Sequence record: NC_048045.1
DNA: 64,000 nucleotides
Direction: 5' to 3' (one strand)
The translations under genes were made by a program, and so were the position numbers. Every line of letters begins with the position of its first letter. The first letter of the stretch is position 1. Positions 10,590-19,491 of this stretch are shown in pieces. The notes under the pieces were generated by a model that did not search any database, was not told where the DNA came from, and saw nothing but the letters and a program-made list of their open reading frames with translations.

Positions 10590-13500
10590 CCGACTACACG
10601 CCGATCCTGAAGCTGCCTGAGGTCGCGCCGAACCAGAACCAGAAGGAAGACACGATCAACACCGCGCTCGCCATCCTGGAGAGCGCGATGAACAACGTGA
10701 AGCCCTACACCCTGTCGGGCGCGGGTCCGTTCGCCCTGACCGACGACGACTTCACTCGCTACTTCCTGCACCGCTTCTCGGGCCAGACCGCCGCCTACGA
10801 GATCACCGTCCCCGCTGGCCAGCCGCGTTGGTTCGCCGTCGAGAACGCCGGCAGCTTCGCGATCACCGTGCGCTGCTTCGGCGTGGTCGGCGGCCTGCCG
10901 TTCGAGGTCCCCTCCGGCAAGATTGGCCTCGTGGTCTCCGACGGCGCGGACCTGCGCACGGTCGTGCCGCAGTCGGGCATGGGCCTGCTCCAGGACCTTT
11001 CCGACGTCTCGGGCGTGCCCACCGACAAGCAGGTCCTGCGCTATGATGCGCCGACGAACCTGTGGAAGCCCTCGACCTTCCTGATCTCGTTTGGCGAACT
11101 GACCGACACGCCCAACAACTACTTCGGAGCCAACGGCAAGATCGTCGCGGTCAACGCTGCGGGCGATGGCCTGGAGTTCGTCTCCTCGGCCGCCAACGTC
11201 AACTCCTTCGTCGACCTCGACGACACGCCCAGCAGCTACTCGGGCGCCGCCGGCCTGACCGTCAAGGTCTCCTCGGGCGGCACCGGCCTGATCTTCGCCG
11301 CCCCGACCTTCCTCGAAGCCGCTGACACGCCCAACAGCTACGTCGGGCAGGCCAAGAAGTACCTGCGCGTCAAGTCCGACTTCTCGGGCCTGGAGTTCTT
11401 CGGCGTCGCCTTGACCGACCTCACCGACGGACCCGGCAGCTACTCGGGCGCGGCCGGCAAGTTCGTGCGCGTCAAGTCCGACGGCACCGGCTTTGAGTTC
11501 AACAATGGCTCGGGCGGGCCGGACAACTTCCTGGACCTGACCGACACGCCTGACGCGTACACGGGTCAGGGGAGCAAGGCCGTTCGCGTCAAGTCTGACG
11601 TCAGCGGCCTGGAGTTCTATACCCCCACGCTGCTGGGCCTGGGCGACACGCCGGCCAACTACACCGGCGCGGCCAACAAGGTCCTGCGGGTCAACGGCTC
11701 GGGTAACGCGGTCGTCTTCAGCACCCTGGCCTTCGGCGACTTGTCGAACGTCCCGCTGCCGGAGGCCAACAAGTGGCTGCGCTGGAGCCCGACGGGCACG
11801 GCGATCGTCAACGACACCCCTACCTTCCTGGGGCTGCTGGACACCCCCAACGCCTATGCGGGCAACGAGGGCAAGTACGTCTACGTCAAGGGTGACGGTT
11901 CGGGCCTGGGCTTTGCCGCCTCGTCGGTCAACCTGTCGTTCCTGGAACTGAACGACGCGATCGATACCACCTACGACAGCAAGACCGACATGGTGCCGAT
12001 CGTCACGATCGTCACCGGCACGCCGGTGCTCAAGCTGGGCTACTACGCCTTCAATAAGCTGGCGGGCGTCAGCCTCTCCTCGCCCACCGAAGGGCAAATC
12101 CTCGGCTATGATGCCGACCTGGGCCTGTGGACCAATATCGACGCGCCCGAGGGCGGCGGCGGCGGCTCGATCGGCGTGCCCTCCTATGGCGAACACGCCT
12201 ACTGGCGCCTGCTGCTGCACGCCACCGATGGCAGCACCGTCCAATACGGCATCCAGGAAATCCAGTTCAAGCACTCCAAGACCGGCGGGGACTTGGCCAA
12301 CGGCGGTACGGCCTCGGCCAGCAGCGATGAGTTCGGCACCGTCTCGGGCGCCTTCGACAATGTCATCTCCGGCGCGTGGTTCTCCAGCACCGCCAGCGAC
12401 GGGGAGTGGATCGCCTACCACTTCGCCACCCCGGCTGACGTGCGTTATGTGACGCTTCAGGGCTCGCAATCTCAGCCCAACACTTCGCCCAGCGCGTTCT
12501 CCGTCCAATACAGCGACGACGGTACCGTCTACACCACCGCCTGGGAAGTCACGGGGCAGAACGGCTGGGCGCCGGGCCAGACCCGCGAGTTCCATGCGCC
12601 GATCGACCTCTTCTTCACCGATCTGGCCGACGCCCCGCCCAGCTATATCGGGCAGGCGCTCAAGGTCCTGCGGGTCAATGCTGGCGAAACCGCGCTCGAA
12701 CTCTTCACCCTGCCGTCGATCCCGACCAAGCTCGATGACCTGACCGATGTCCAGGTCACGGGGACTCCGGTCGACGGGCAGGTCCTGGCCTGGGACGACG
12801 CAACGGGGGTCTTCAAGCCCACGTCCGTTCCGGGCATTACGCCGACCGCCTTCACGGACCTGACCGACGCGCCCACCTCCTACGCGGGCGAGGGCGGTAA
12901 CGCCGTGCGCGTCAAGATGACCGAGGACGGCCTGGAGTTCTACACGCCGGGCACGGGTGGCGGCGGCAGCGGCGGCAGCTATCGCGGGACTTGGGCGTCG
13001 GGCTCCGAGCAGGTCATCCTCAACTTCGAGAGCGGTGAACTCAACCCCGCCTTCACCTACGACGCGGCCGGGTTCAACGTCGTCATCCAGCCTGACGCGG
13101 TCTCCGGCACCACCCTGGCCCTGAAGTTCCGTCCGATCGGCAACGGCGGCCTCTGCTACTGCGAACTGCCCGTCGTGGATGCGGTGGGCATCGCCAACTT
13201 CAAGGTCCGCTACAAGGTTTCCTCCGAAGGCCCGGACTTGTTCCGGGTCATCCAGGATGGCACCACCACGCTGTTGACCGACAGCGGCAACACCGGGCTC
13301 TATGAGGAGGGCTCCTTCCCGGTCACCGGCGACCACACCCTGCGCTTCCAGTACACCAAGGATGGTTCGCTGGCGGTTGGTGACGACACCGTCTACATCT
13401 CTCAGATCACCTATTTCAAGACCCTGACCAACCCCTATGTCTATGGGGACACGATCACCTATGCCGGGTCCTATTGGCTCTGCCGCGTCAGCGGCACCTC

Positions 13501-15322
13501 CGAGCAGCCGGGCGTGGGTGACGATTGGATCAAGCTGCCCGACAAGCTGGCGCTCCTGACGGACGTCGACCTTTCGATTCCTCCGTCGCCCGGACAGGCC
13601 CTGGTCTTCGACGGGGCGTCCTCGAAGTTCAAGGCCGGCGATGTCGCCGGCGGATCGGGCGGGACCACCAAGTATAACGCCGGTGTCACCCCGCGCACGC
13701 GCCTGCATCGTGCCGCGACGCAGTCGATCGCCTCGTCGACCTGGACGGCCGTCCAGTGGGACACCGAGGCCGAGGATGCGATCAACGCCTTCAACAGCGC
13801 GGCCAATACCCGCATCACCATCCCGAACGGCATCAAGGCCGCGCGCGTGACGGCCTACGCCAACTGGGTGTCTCCGGTGTCGGGCGCCACGGTGGGTATG
13901 GCCTTGCGCCGTAACGGCATTGAAATCGGGGTCGGCGGCGGTTCGCCGATCGTGGCTTCGCGCGATGGCCTCTATCAGAGCCATCTCAATTTCACGTCCG
14001 AATGGTTCCCCGTGACGCCTGGGGACTACTATGAGGTGTTCGTTCTCCAGGCCACCGGCAGCACCGCCAATCTCAACGGGCCGGTCACGAACTATGGGGA
14101 AAACACCTACGTCCAGTTCGAGTGGGATGAAGGCACCACGGCCTCGACGGCGGTCGCCGGCGACTTTCACGCCGCCCACCAGGGCTGGCGGGTTCTGACC
14201 CTCGACAGCCAGACGGGCACCTACGCGACGTTCTCGGAACTGAAGTTCTATGACCGCACCGGCGTCCAGATCGCCACGACGGGCGGGAAGCTCTTCGACA
14301 CCAACTCCCATGCCTCCTATCCGGTCCAGCAGGCGTTCGATGGTAACACCTCCACCTACTGGTCGTCGCTCCAGCAGACCTCGACGGGCCAGCTTGCTGG
14401 TCCTGGCTACATCTTCGCCACGCCTGTCGACGTGGGGTCGATCAAGCTGACCTCGACGGGGACCGACTTCAACACCACCAACTCGCCCAAGAATTTCGTC
14501 ATCCAGTACACCGATGATGGCGGCGCGTCTTGGCTCACCTATGCCACCTTCAGCAACCAGACGGCCTGGGGTGATAAGGAAGAGCGCACCTTCGTCCTGC
14601 CTCTCAGCGGGATCGCGCGGGTTGGCGGCGCGCGGGCGCTCGGCGAACTCAACGACGTCACGATCGGCACGCCGAAGAACGGCGACGTGCTGACCTACGA
14701 CGACGCGGCGTCGACCTGGAAGCAGAAGAGCCGCTGGGGCTATGCGCCGCCTAAGGTGGCCGACTTCCCTACCGCCGTGGGTACCGTCCCCCTGACCCTG
14801 TCGTATGACGACGAGGCCGGCCTGATGGTCGACTGCGGGGCCAGCGCCTCCGGGGATATCCAACGCGGCGTCTTCAAGGCTCTGCCCTCGGGGGACTGGT
14901 CTTTGACGGCCAAGATCGCCGACCATCTAGCGCCGGTCTACTACAACGCCGTCGGGGTCATGCTGCGTGAGTCGTCGACCAGCAAGATCGTGCTGTTCGG
15001 CTGCGAAGTCGCTGGTTCGAGCTTCTCCGTCCCCATGCGCCAAGTGCGCTTTTCCCGCCTTCCGGGCCTGTCGGGCTTCACGGCCAACGACTACGCCCGG
15101 CCGTCTCCGTCGCTGCCGCAGTGGTATCGCCTCTCCCTGACGGGCAGCACGCTGAAGGCCGAGGTGTCGGTTGACGGCAAGTTCTGGCGCACCGTGGTCT
15201 CGCAGGCCGTGACCACGGGGTTCACGGTCAAGCCCGACCAGATCGGGCTCGGCTGCTCGCTCAACTACACCGACAGCCAGAGCGCGATGTTCTCGGTCCC
15301 CTACTGGAGCCAGTCCTGGTAA
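10586..15322 (+). CDS. Long tail fibre with DxPxxYxG repeats and discoidin/F5-8-type carbohydrate-binding modules
   Basis: 1578 aa; about 9-10 repeats FxDLxDTPxxYxGxxxKxxxV; two AFD(G)N...W(F/S)S...F...QY(S/T)DDG lectin-like modules. Confidence 0.75.
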   Translation: MTDYTPILKLPEVAPNQNQKEDTINTALAILESAMNNVKPYTLSGAGPFALTDDDFTRYFLHRFSGQTAAYEITVPAGQPRWFAVENAGSFAITVRCFGVVGGLPFEVPSGKIGLVVSDGADLRTVVPQSGMGLLQDLSDVSGVPTDKQVLRYDAPTNLWKPSTFLISFGELTDTPNNYFGANGKIVAVNAAGDGLEFVSSAANVNSFVDLDDTPSSYSGAAGLTVKVSSGGTGLIFAAPTFLEAADTPNSYVGQAKKYLRVKSDFSGLEFFGVALTDLTDGPGSYSGAAGKFVRVKSDGTGFEFNNGSGGPDNFLDLTDTPDAYTGQGSKAVRVKSDVSGLEFYTPTLLGLGDTPANYTGAANKVLRVNGSGNAVVFSTLAFGDLSNVPLPEANKWLRWSPTGTAIVNDTPTFLGLLDTPNAYAGNEGKYVYVKGDGSGLGFAASSVNLSFLELNDAIDTTYDSKTDMVPIVTIVTGTPVLKLGYYAFNKLAGVSLSSPTEGQILGYDADLGLWTNIDAPEGGGGGSIGVPSYGEHAYWRLLLHATDGSTVQYGIQEIQFKHSKTGGDLANGGTASASSDEFGTVSGAFDNVISGAWFSSTASDGEWIAYHFATPADVRYVTLQGSQSQPNTSPSAFSVQYSDDGTVYTTAWEVTGQNGWAPGQTREFHAPIDLFFTDLADAPPSYIGQALKVLRVNAGETALELFTLPSIPTKLDDLTDVQVTGTPVDGQVLAWDDATGVFKPTSVPGITPTAFTDLTDAPTSYAGEGGNAVRVKMTEDGLEFYTPGTGGGGSGGSYRGTWASGSEQVILNFESGELNPAFTYDAAGFNVVIQPDAVSGTTLALKFRPIGNGGLCYCELPVVDAVGIANFKVRYKVSSEGPDLFRVIQDGTTTLLTDSGNTGLYEEGSFPVTGDHTLRFQYTKDGSLAVGDDTVYISQITYFKTLTNPYVYGDTITYAGSYWLCRVSGTSEQPGVGDDWIKLPDKLALLTDVDLSIPPSPGQALVFDGASSKFKAGDVAGGSGGTTKYNAGVTPRTRLHRAATQSIASSTWTAVQWDTEAEDAINAFNSAANTRITIPNGIKAARVTAYANWVSPVSGATVGMALRRNGIEIGVGGGSPIVASRDGLYQSHLNFTSEWFPVTPGDYYEVFVLQATGSTANLNGPVTNYGENTYVQFEWDEGTTASTAVAGDFHAAHQGWRVLTLDSQTGTYATFSELKFYDRTGVQIATTGGKLFDTNSHASYPVQQAFDGNTSTYWSSLQQTSTGQLAGPGYIFATPVDVGSIKLTSTGTDFNTTNSPKNFVIQYTDDGGASWLTYATFSNQTAWGDKEERTFVLPLSGIARVGGARALGELNDVTIGTPKNGDVLTYDDAASTWKQKSRWGYAPPKVADFPTAVGTVPLTLSYDDEAGLMVDCGASASGDIQRGVFKALPSGDWSLTAKIADHLAPVYYNAVGVMLRESSTSKIVLFGCEVAGSSFSVPMRQVRFSRLPGLSGFTANDYARPSPSLPQWYRLSLTGSTLKAEVSVDGKFWRTVVSQAVTTGFTVKPDQIGLGCSLNYTDSQSAMFSVPYWSQSW

Positions 15323-15362
15323 TGTCGTGAATCTTGACATCGGCACAAATCCGGGCCATGGT
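15323..15362 (+). promoter_or_regulatory. Motif promoter of the lysis cassette
   Basis: TGTCGTGAATCTTGACA-N17-CATGGT immediately after the fibre stop codon. Confidence 0.65.
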
Positions 15363-15399
15363 CAAGACCTGATTTTCAGCACTTCCGGAATTCTCCCAC

Positions 15400-16038
15400 A
15401 TGCGTGTCTCTGACGCCGGTCTGAAGCTCATCCAGGCCTGGGAAGGTCTCGGTGACGGCAACCCCGCCACCGTCGACCTCGAACCCTACATCTGCCCGGC
15501 CAAGGTTTGGACCGTCGGCTGGGGGCACGCCCTGAAGACGCCGACCGGTCAGATCATCGACGTCGACGTCTTCGGCGCGGCCAGGGCCAAGGCCCTGGCC
15601 GCCGAATCCATGCAGCGCAAGTTCGGCAAGGGCGCCATCACCAAGGCCCAGGCCGTGGACCTCGTGCGCGAGGACGTGACCTTCTTCGAGCGGCAGGTCG
15701 AAAAGCTGGTCGCGGGCAATGCGGCCCAGTGCGAATTCGATGCCCTGGTGTCGTTCGCCTTCAACTGCGGCGTCGCCAACCTCCAGTCCTCGACCCTGCT
15801 GCGGATGCACAACGCCGGCAAGCGTAAGGTCGGCGACGTCTCGCTCTCGGACCTCTGCCAGAAGAGCAAGCTCACCACCCCGATCGATAACCCGGCCGTC
15901 GCGTTCGTCCGCTGGAATAAGTTCAACGGCAAGTGGGCGCTGGGGCTGTTCCGTCGGCGTCTGTCGGAGGCCTTGGTCTACGGCGGTCACGATCCTGACG
16001 AGGCGGTGAAGACCGCCCAAGCCTTCAAGGGCTGCTGA
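15400..16038 (+). CDS. Endolysin, GH24 lysozyme
   Basis: LKLIQAWEG...YICPAKVWTVGWGH, QCEFDALVSFAFNCG and LGLFRRRLSE motifs. Confidence 0.9.
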   Translation: MRVSDAGLKLIQAWEGLGDGNPATVDLEPYICPAKVWTVGWGHALKTPTGQIIDVDVFGAARAKALAAESMQRKFGKGAITKAQAVDLVREDVTFFERQVEKLVAGNAAQCEFDALVSFAFNCGVANLQSSTLLRMHNAGKRKVGDVSLSDLCQKSKLTTPIDNPAVAFVRWNKFNGKWALGLFRRRLSEALVYGGHDPDEAVKTAQAFKGC

Positions 16039-16039
16039 C

Positions 16040-16528
16040 ATGAGCCTCTTCGGGATCATCGCCCTGACCGTGAAGTTCTTGATGAACCCGGCCGTCATGG
16101 GCGTCGTCTTCGCCACGATCGCGGCCCTGACCGGCCTGTGGTTCCTCGGCGGCCCGGCGCTGTTCTGGAAGGTGATCCGCGACGCGCGTCTTTGGCTGCT
16201 CGTCGCCGTGGCTTCGGTGGTCTTCGGCTACGCCCATCTCCAGGCCAAGCTCGAAAAGACCGAGCAGCGCCTGGAGCAGGTCGAGCAACAGAAGCAGGCT
16301 CACGACGACGGCCAGGAGGTCGTCAAGAACAACATCAAAAAGCAGGTTAAGCGCGCCCAGCAGGGGGCCAAGTACCAAGAGGTTATCCACAATGCCCCGA
16401 CTGGCGAAAAGCTCGATGCTCTCCTCGACGAGTTCGCGCGCGATCAAGGCGTTCCTGATCCCCGCCCTCCTGCTGCTCTGCCTGACCCTGACGGCGTGTC
16501 AAAGTCTCCCGGTCGGATTCTCCCCTGA
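16040..16528 (+). CDS. Inner-membrane spanin (Rz-like)
   Basis: N-terminal hydrophobic segments, then a coiled coil; follows endolysin and overlaps a lipoprotein gene. Confidence 0.7.
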   Translation: MSLFGIIALTVKFLMNPAVMGVVFATIAALTGLWFLGGPALFWKVIRDARLWLLVAVASVVFGYAHLQAKLEKTEQRLEQVEQQKQAHDDGQEVVKNNIKKQVKRAQQGAKYQEVIHNAPTGEKLDALLDEFARDQGVPDPRPPAALPDPDGVSKSPGRILP

Positions 16529-16778
16529 CGATCTCTACCCGAAGGAACTGCGCACCTGCGCGCCTTCGCCTCAGGTCCCGCCGCGCCCCGCCCCCGATGC
16601 CCCGCGCTCGGAGGACGCCAAGGCCGGCTACATCAAGGATGACCACCTCGCCGGCGCCGACTGCCGCGACAAGGTCGAGTCCTGGAACGAGCGCGCCGTC
16701 AAGTACGAAGCCCAGTACAAGGCCATGAACGCCGGCCCGGTCGGCAAGCTGTTTGGCAAGCTGAAGGGGAAGCACTGA
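16392..16778 (+). CDS. Outer-membrane spanin lipoprotein (Rz1-like); start may be 16416
   Basis: Signal peptide with lipobox LTLTAC, Pro-rich mature part, overlaps the i-spanin 3' end in another frame. Confidence 0.75.
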   Translation: MPRLAKSSMLSSTSSRAIKAFLIPALLLLCLTLTACQSLPVGFSPDDLYPKELRTCAPSPQVPPRPAPDAPRSEDAKAGYIKDDHLAGADCRDKVESWNERAVKYEAQYKAMNAGPVGKLFGKLKGKH

Positions 16779-17254
16779 TGCCGCCCTGGGCCGCCGCGCC
16801 GCTGCGGGTCTGCGGCAACTTCTTCCGCTGGGTCCGCCTGACCCTGGACAATCTCTGTGATCGGCCGGACCACCTTCAGCGCCTGTCGATCATCGGCTCG
16901 GGCATGGCGGCCTTCCCGCTGATCCTGCTGATCATCCACATCCTCGTCTACTTCGGGCTCCACGGTCCGGACACGGCCGCCGCCCTGGCGGTCATCCCGA
17001 TCATCGGCAACATGGGCTATGGGGCCTTGGCGCTCTATGCGCTGTCCCAGGTTGCGCTCCTTGGGATCATCAAGGGCATCCGGATCGCCGCGCCCGGCGG
17101 CGTCAACGTCGCCATCGAGACCACGGCGGGCAATGGCGATGGCCTGTCCGACGACAACGACGACGATCATGGACACGGCCGCTGGCGCGGACGCGACCAC
17201 GATGGTCCACCCAATCCCTCTGCCGGCTCTGGCGCCGGCGCTATCACGGAGTAG
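16778..17254 (+). CDS. Membrane protein, holin candidate
   Basis: Two to three hydrophobic segments and a charged Asp/His/Arg C-tail; sits in the lysis cassette. Confidence 0.45.
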   Translation: MPPWAAAPLRVCGNFFRWVRLTLDNLCDRPDHLQRLSIIGSGMAAFPLILLIIHILVYFGLHGPDTAAALAVIPIIGNMGYGALALYALSQVALLGIIKGIRIAAPGGVNVAIETTAGNGDGLSDDNDDDHGHGRWRGRDHDGPPNPSAGSGAGAITE

Positions 17255-17259
17255 GGACC

Positions 17260-17424
17260 ATGCGCGAAGGCTTCATGCTGGAAGGCTACGGCGGGCTGAA
17301 GATCGGTCCCGGCGGCGGCGGTGGGGGCGGCGGCCTGGGTGATGGCGGCTCGGCCGGCATCATCCCGGTCAAGGACGACATCAATACCGGCTTCCCGGAC
17401 GGCGACGCGCTCGACTACGGCTAG
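17260..17424 (+). CDS. Small Gly-rich protein (54 aa), below the ORF-track cutoff
   Basis: AGGGA then ATG; MREGFMLEGYGGLKIGPGGGGGGGGLGDGGSAGIIPVKDDINTGFPDGDALDYG; GC3-rich codons like its neighbours. Confidence 0.55.
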   Translation: MREGFMLEGYGGLKIGPGGGGGGGGLGDGGSAGIIPVKDDINTGFPDGDALDYG

Positions 17425-17444
17425 GCATGCGACATCCGGTCGCA

Positions 17445-17484
17445 TGTCGTGATCCTTGACATATCGACGTTCTTGCATTATGGT
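17445..17484 (+). promoter_or_regulatory. Variant motif promoter upstream of an ORF-free region
   Basis: TGTCGTGATCCTTGACA-N17-TATGGT. Confidence 0.6.
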
Positions 17485-17489
17485 CGCGC

Positions 17490-17753
17490 TTCTTCGACGG
17501 CATCCCACCGTCCAACATGGCTCGCGACCCACCGTTCGCAGGGACACGATCGCGACCAAGGCGGTAGCCGGAACGATGCTAGGCTGCAAAGCCAAGCCTC
17601 CGGAACACGCAGTAGCCGGCTGGAACGCTAGGCTCCTATGTCCAAACGGGGTACGGACTTCCTGAGCCTCCGGGCGATAGACCCCACCACCTCGCAAGAG
17701 GTTCACGCGTGATGCGGAGAAGGGCTGAAAAGCCCAAGTGTCTGGAAGGACAG
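17490..17753 (+). ncRNA. Candidate structured ncRNA (about 270 nt)
   Basis: Between a promoter and a terminator with no credible ORF; GNRA hairpins at 17582-17593, 17689-17702, 17722-17735 and 17739-17752. Confidence 0.55.
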
Positions 17754-17787
17754 AAGGCCCCGCCGGAGCGATCCGGCGGGCCTTTTT
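17754..17787. terminator. Intrinsic terminator, GCGA loop
   Basis: AAGGCCCCGCCGGA-GCGA-TCCGGCGGGCCTTTTT between convergent units. Confidence 0.8.
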
Positions 17788-17810
17788 CCGTTGGGGCGGA
17801 GGAAGTCCCC

Positions 17811-18605
17811 TTAGGCGTGGGCGCGGACGCGAACCTTGGACGTGACCGGCAGCGTCGGCGCCAGGGCGCCCACCTTGCCGACCACCTTGCCCAGGATGAC
17901 GATCTTGCCGGCGTCGACGTCGACGTGATCCTTCAGGTCCGCGTCGTAGATGCGGTAGGGGCCGGTCTTGCTTGGGCGGGTGATGTGCGCCACCTGCATG
18001 GCCTTGTTGAGCCCGTAGACGAACTCGCCGCCGGCCGCGTTGGGCTCGACGTCGCGGCGGACCACCGCCATGTCGCCCGGATTGAGGCCAGGGGCGAAGT
18101 CGTGGATCGCCGCCAGGGCCAGATCGGTGGGCTCGGCCTCGAAGCGCTCACGCAGCCAGTCCGGATCGAGGTTCCAGGTCCGCAGACGCTGGAACTCGCC
18201 GGCGCGAGGCTTGAAGGTCAGTTCCTCGACCGGGTTGGGCGAGCCGACCCCGAAGGTGATGTACTCGGGCGTGGTCTTCAGGACGTGGGCGATCTGCTCC
18301 AACACGTCGATGTGCGGCTTGACGCTGTCGGACTCGTACATGATGTACGCAGTGCGGGCCAGGGGCCGGCGCTCACCAGCCTGCTTCGGCTCCCAGCCGG
18401 GCTTGGTGCTGACGTCCTTGCGGGAATTGCTCTGCTGGGTCAGATAGACCCGCGAGGCGACTTGCTCCTGGGTCAGGCCCAGGCCCATGCGACAGGCGGT
18501 AATCCGCTGGCCGATGGTGCGAGGATGCGCGAGGTCGGCATCCTTGTGGATCAGGGAACGAGACCGGTGCGGAACACCCGGCTTCATCTCGATCACGGCT
18601 TGCAT
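17811..18605 (-). CDS. XRE-family HTH regulator with S24-like C-terminal domain (CI/LexA-like)
   Basis: TIGQRITACRMGLGLTQEQVASRV and YIMYESDSVKPHIDVLEQIAHVLKTTPEYI HTH; C-terminal PGDMAVV...ILGKVVG S24-type fold. Confidence 0.7.
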   Translation of the reverse strand: MQAVIEMKPGVPHRSRSLIHKDADLAHPRTIGQRITACRMGLGLTQEQVASRVYLTQQSNSRKDVSTKPGWEPKQAGERRPLARTAYIMYESDSVKPHIDVLEQIAHVLKTTPEYITFGVGSPNPVEELTFKPRAGEFQRLRTWNLDPDWLRERFEAEPTDLALAAIHDFAPGLNPGDMAVVRRDVEPNAAGGEFVYGLNKAMQVAHITRPSKTGPYRIYDADLKDHVDVDAGKIVILGKVVGKVGALAPTLPVTSKVRVRAHA

Positions 18606-18700
18606 TTTGTTCTCCTCCGTCCGTTGAGAACCGCGTCATTGGGTGTCGGTGTAACCCATGACATTCGCGATGGTTCCCAGACGCAACGTCTGTTTGCCAA

Positions 18701-18737
18701 TGTTGACAAAGAGGGATTTACACCCTCTTTGGCAACA
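18701..18737. promoter_or_regulatory. 15-bp inverted repeat, candidate operator
   Basis: TGTTGACAAAGAGGG-N7-CCCTCTTTGGCAACA (1 mismatch) upstream of the repressor-like gene; contains TTGACA. Confidence 0.5.
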
Positions 18738-18739
18738 CA

Positions 18740-19474
18740 TCAAGGCCAGAGAAGAAAAAAGTTGACAGGTCGGCTTAAGGGTGCGGCTGCACTAATTCCC
18801 GGTAGAGCCAAAACCCCCGCCCCGCGCTCGGTCGAGACGAGGTCATCGACCTCGACGACGGGCACGATCAGGCATTGTTCGAGGATGATCTGAGCGATGC
18901 GGTCGCCCGGATTGATCTCCACGGTCTCGCGGAAGGACGGCCCACCGAAGACGTCCGTTTGCCGGCCGTGGTGGGTCAGGATGACCTTGACCTCGCCGGT
19001 GTAGTCCTCGTCCACCACGCCGGCCAGGACGCCCAGGCCCTTGACGCCCAGCCCCGAGCGCGGCGCGACGCGGGCATAGGTGCCCTCGGGCGCGGTGATC
19101 GCCAGCCCTGTCGACAGCAGAGCGCGCTCCCCAGGGTGCAGCCGCACCTTCTCGGTCCCGTCGTAGTAGACGTCCAGGCCGGCGGCCTTGGGCGAGCCGC
19201 GCGTCGGCAGCTTGGCGGTCTGCGTCAGGCGCTTGACCTTCAGAACGGGCTCGTCGCTCTTCATGCGCGTCAACTCCAAAGCCTCCGACCAGGAGACGAA
19301 CTTCACGTCGCGCGTGAACCGGCCGTAGAGTTCGACGTCCTGGCCCGGCCCGACCTTGACCTCCGCCTCGATGCCCGACGCCGCCAGGGTGTCGGCCAGG
19401 GCGTAGGCCTGCTCGGCTTGCGCAGTCCGTTGGTAGAAGACGACAGCTTTGCTGTAAAGGCGGGTCGGGGGCAT
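18740..19474 (-). CDS. dut: dUTPase (trimeric type) with N-terminal extension; motif V apparently frameshifted
   Basis: AAGLDV, RVAPRSGL, GVVDEDYTGEV and GDRIAQ motifs; RGAGGFGSTG appears only in a shifted frame. Confidence 0.85.
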   Translation of the reverse strand: MPPTRLYSKAVVFYQRTAQAEQAYALADTLAASGIEAEVKVGPGQDVELYGRFTRDVKFVSWSEALELTRMKSDEPVLKVKRLTQTAKLPTRGSPKAAGLDVYYDGTEKVRLHPGERALLSTGLAITAPEGTYARVAPRSGLGVKGLGVLAGVVDEDYTGEVKVILTHHGRQTDVFGGPSFRETVEINPGDRIAQIILEQCLIVPVVEVDDLVSTERGAGVLALPGISAAAPLSRPVNFFLLWP

Positions 19475-19491
19475 TATTTTCGGGCCTCTGG

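Noticed and set aside
6184-14926. Very long minus-strand ORFs (1169 aa, 1572 aa) opposite the tail genes
   Set aside because: Antisense shadows caused by GC3-biased codons; no motifs, and the plus strand carries recognisable proteins.
18806-18822. Programmed -1 frameshift in dut
   Set aside because: GGGTTTT is not in the X XXY YYZ register and no downstream stimulator is evident; a homopolymer error is simpler.
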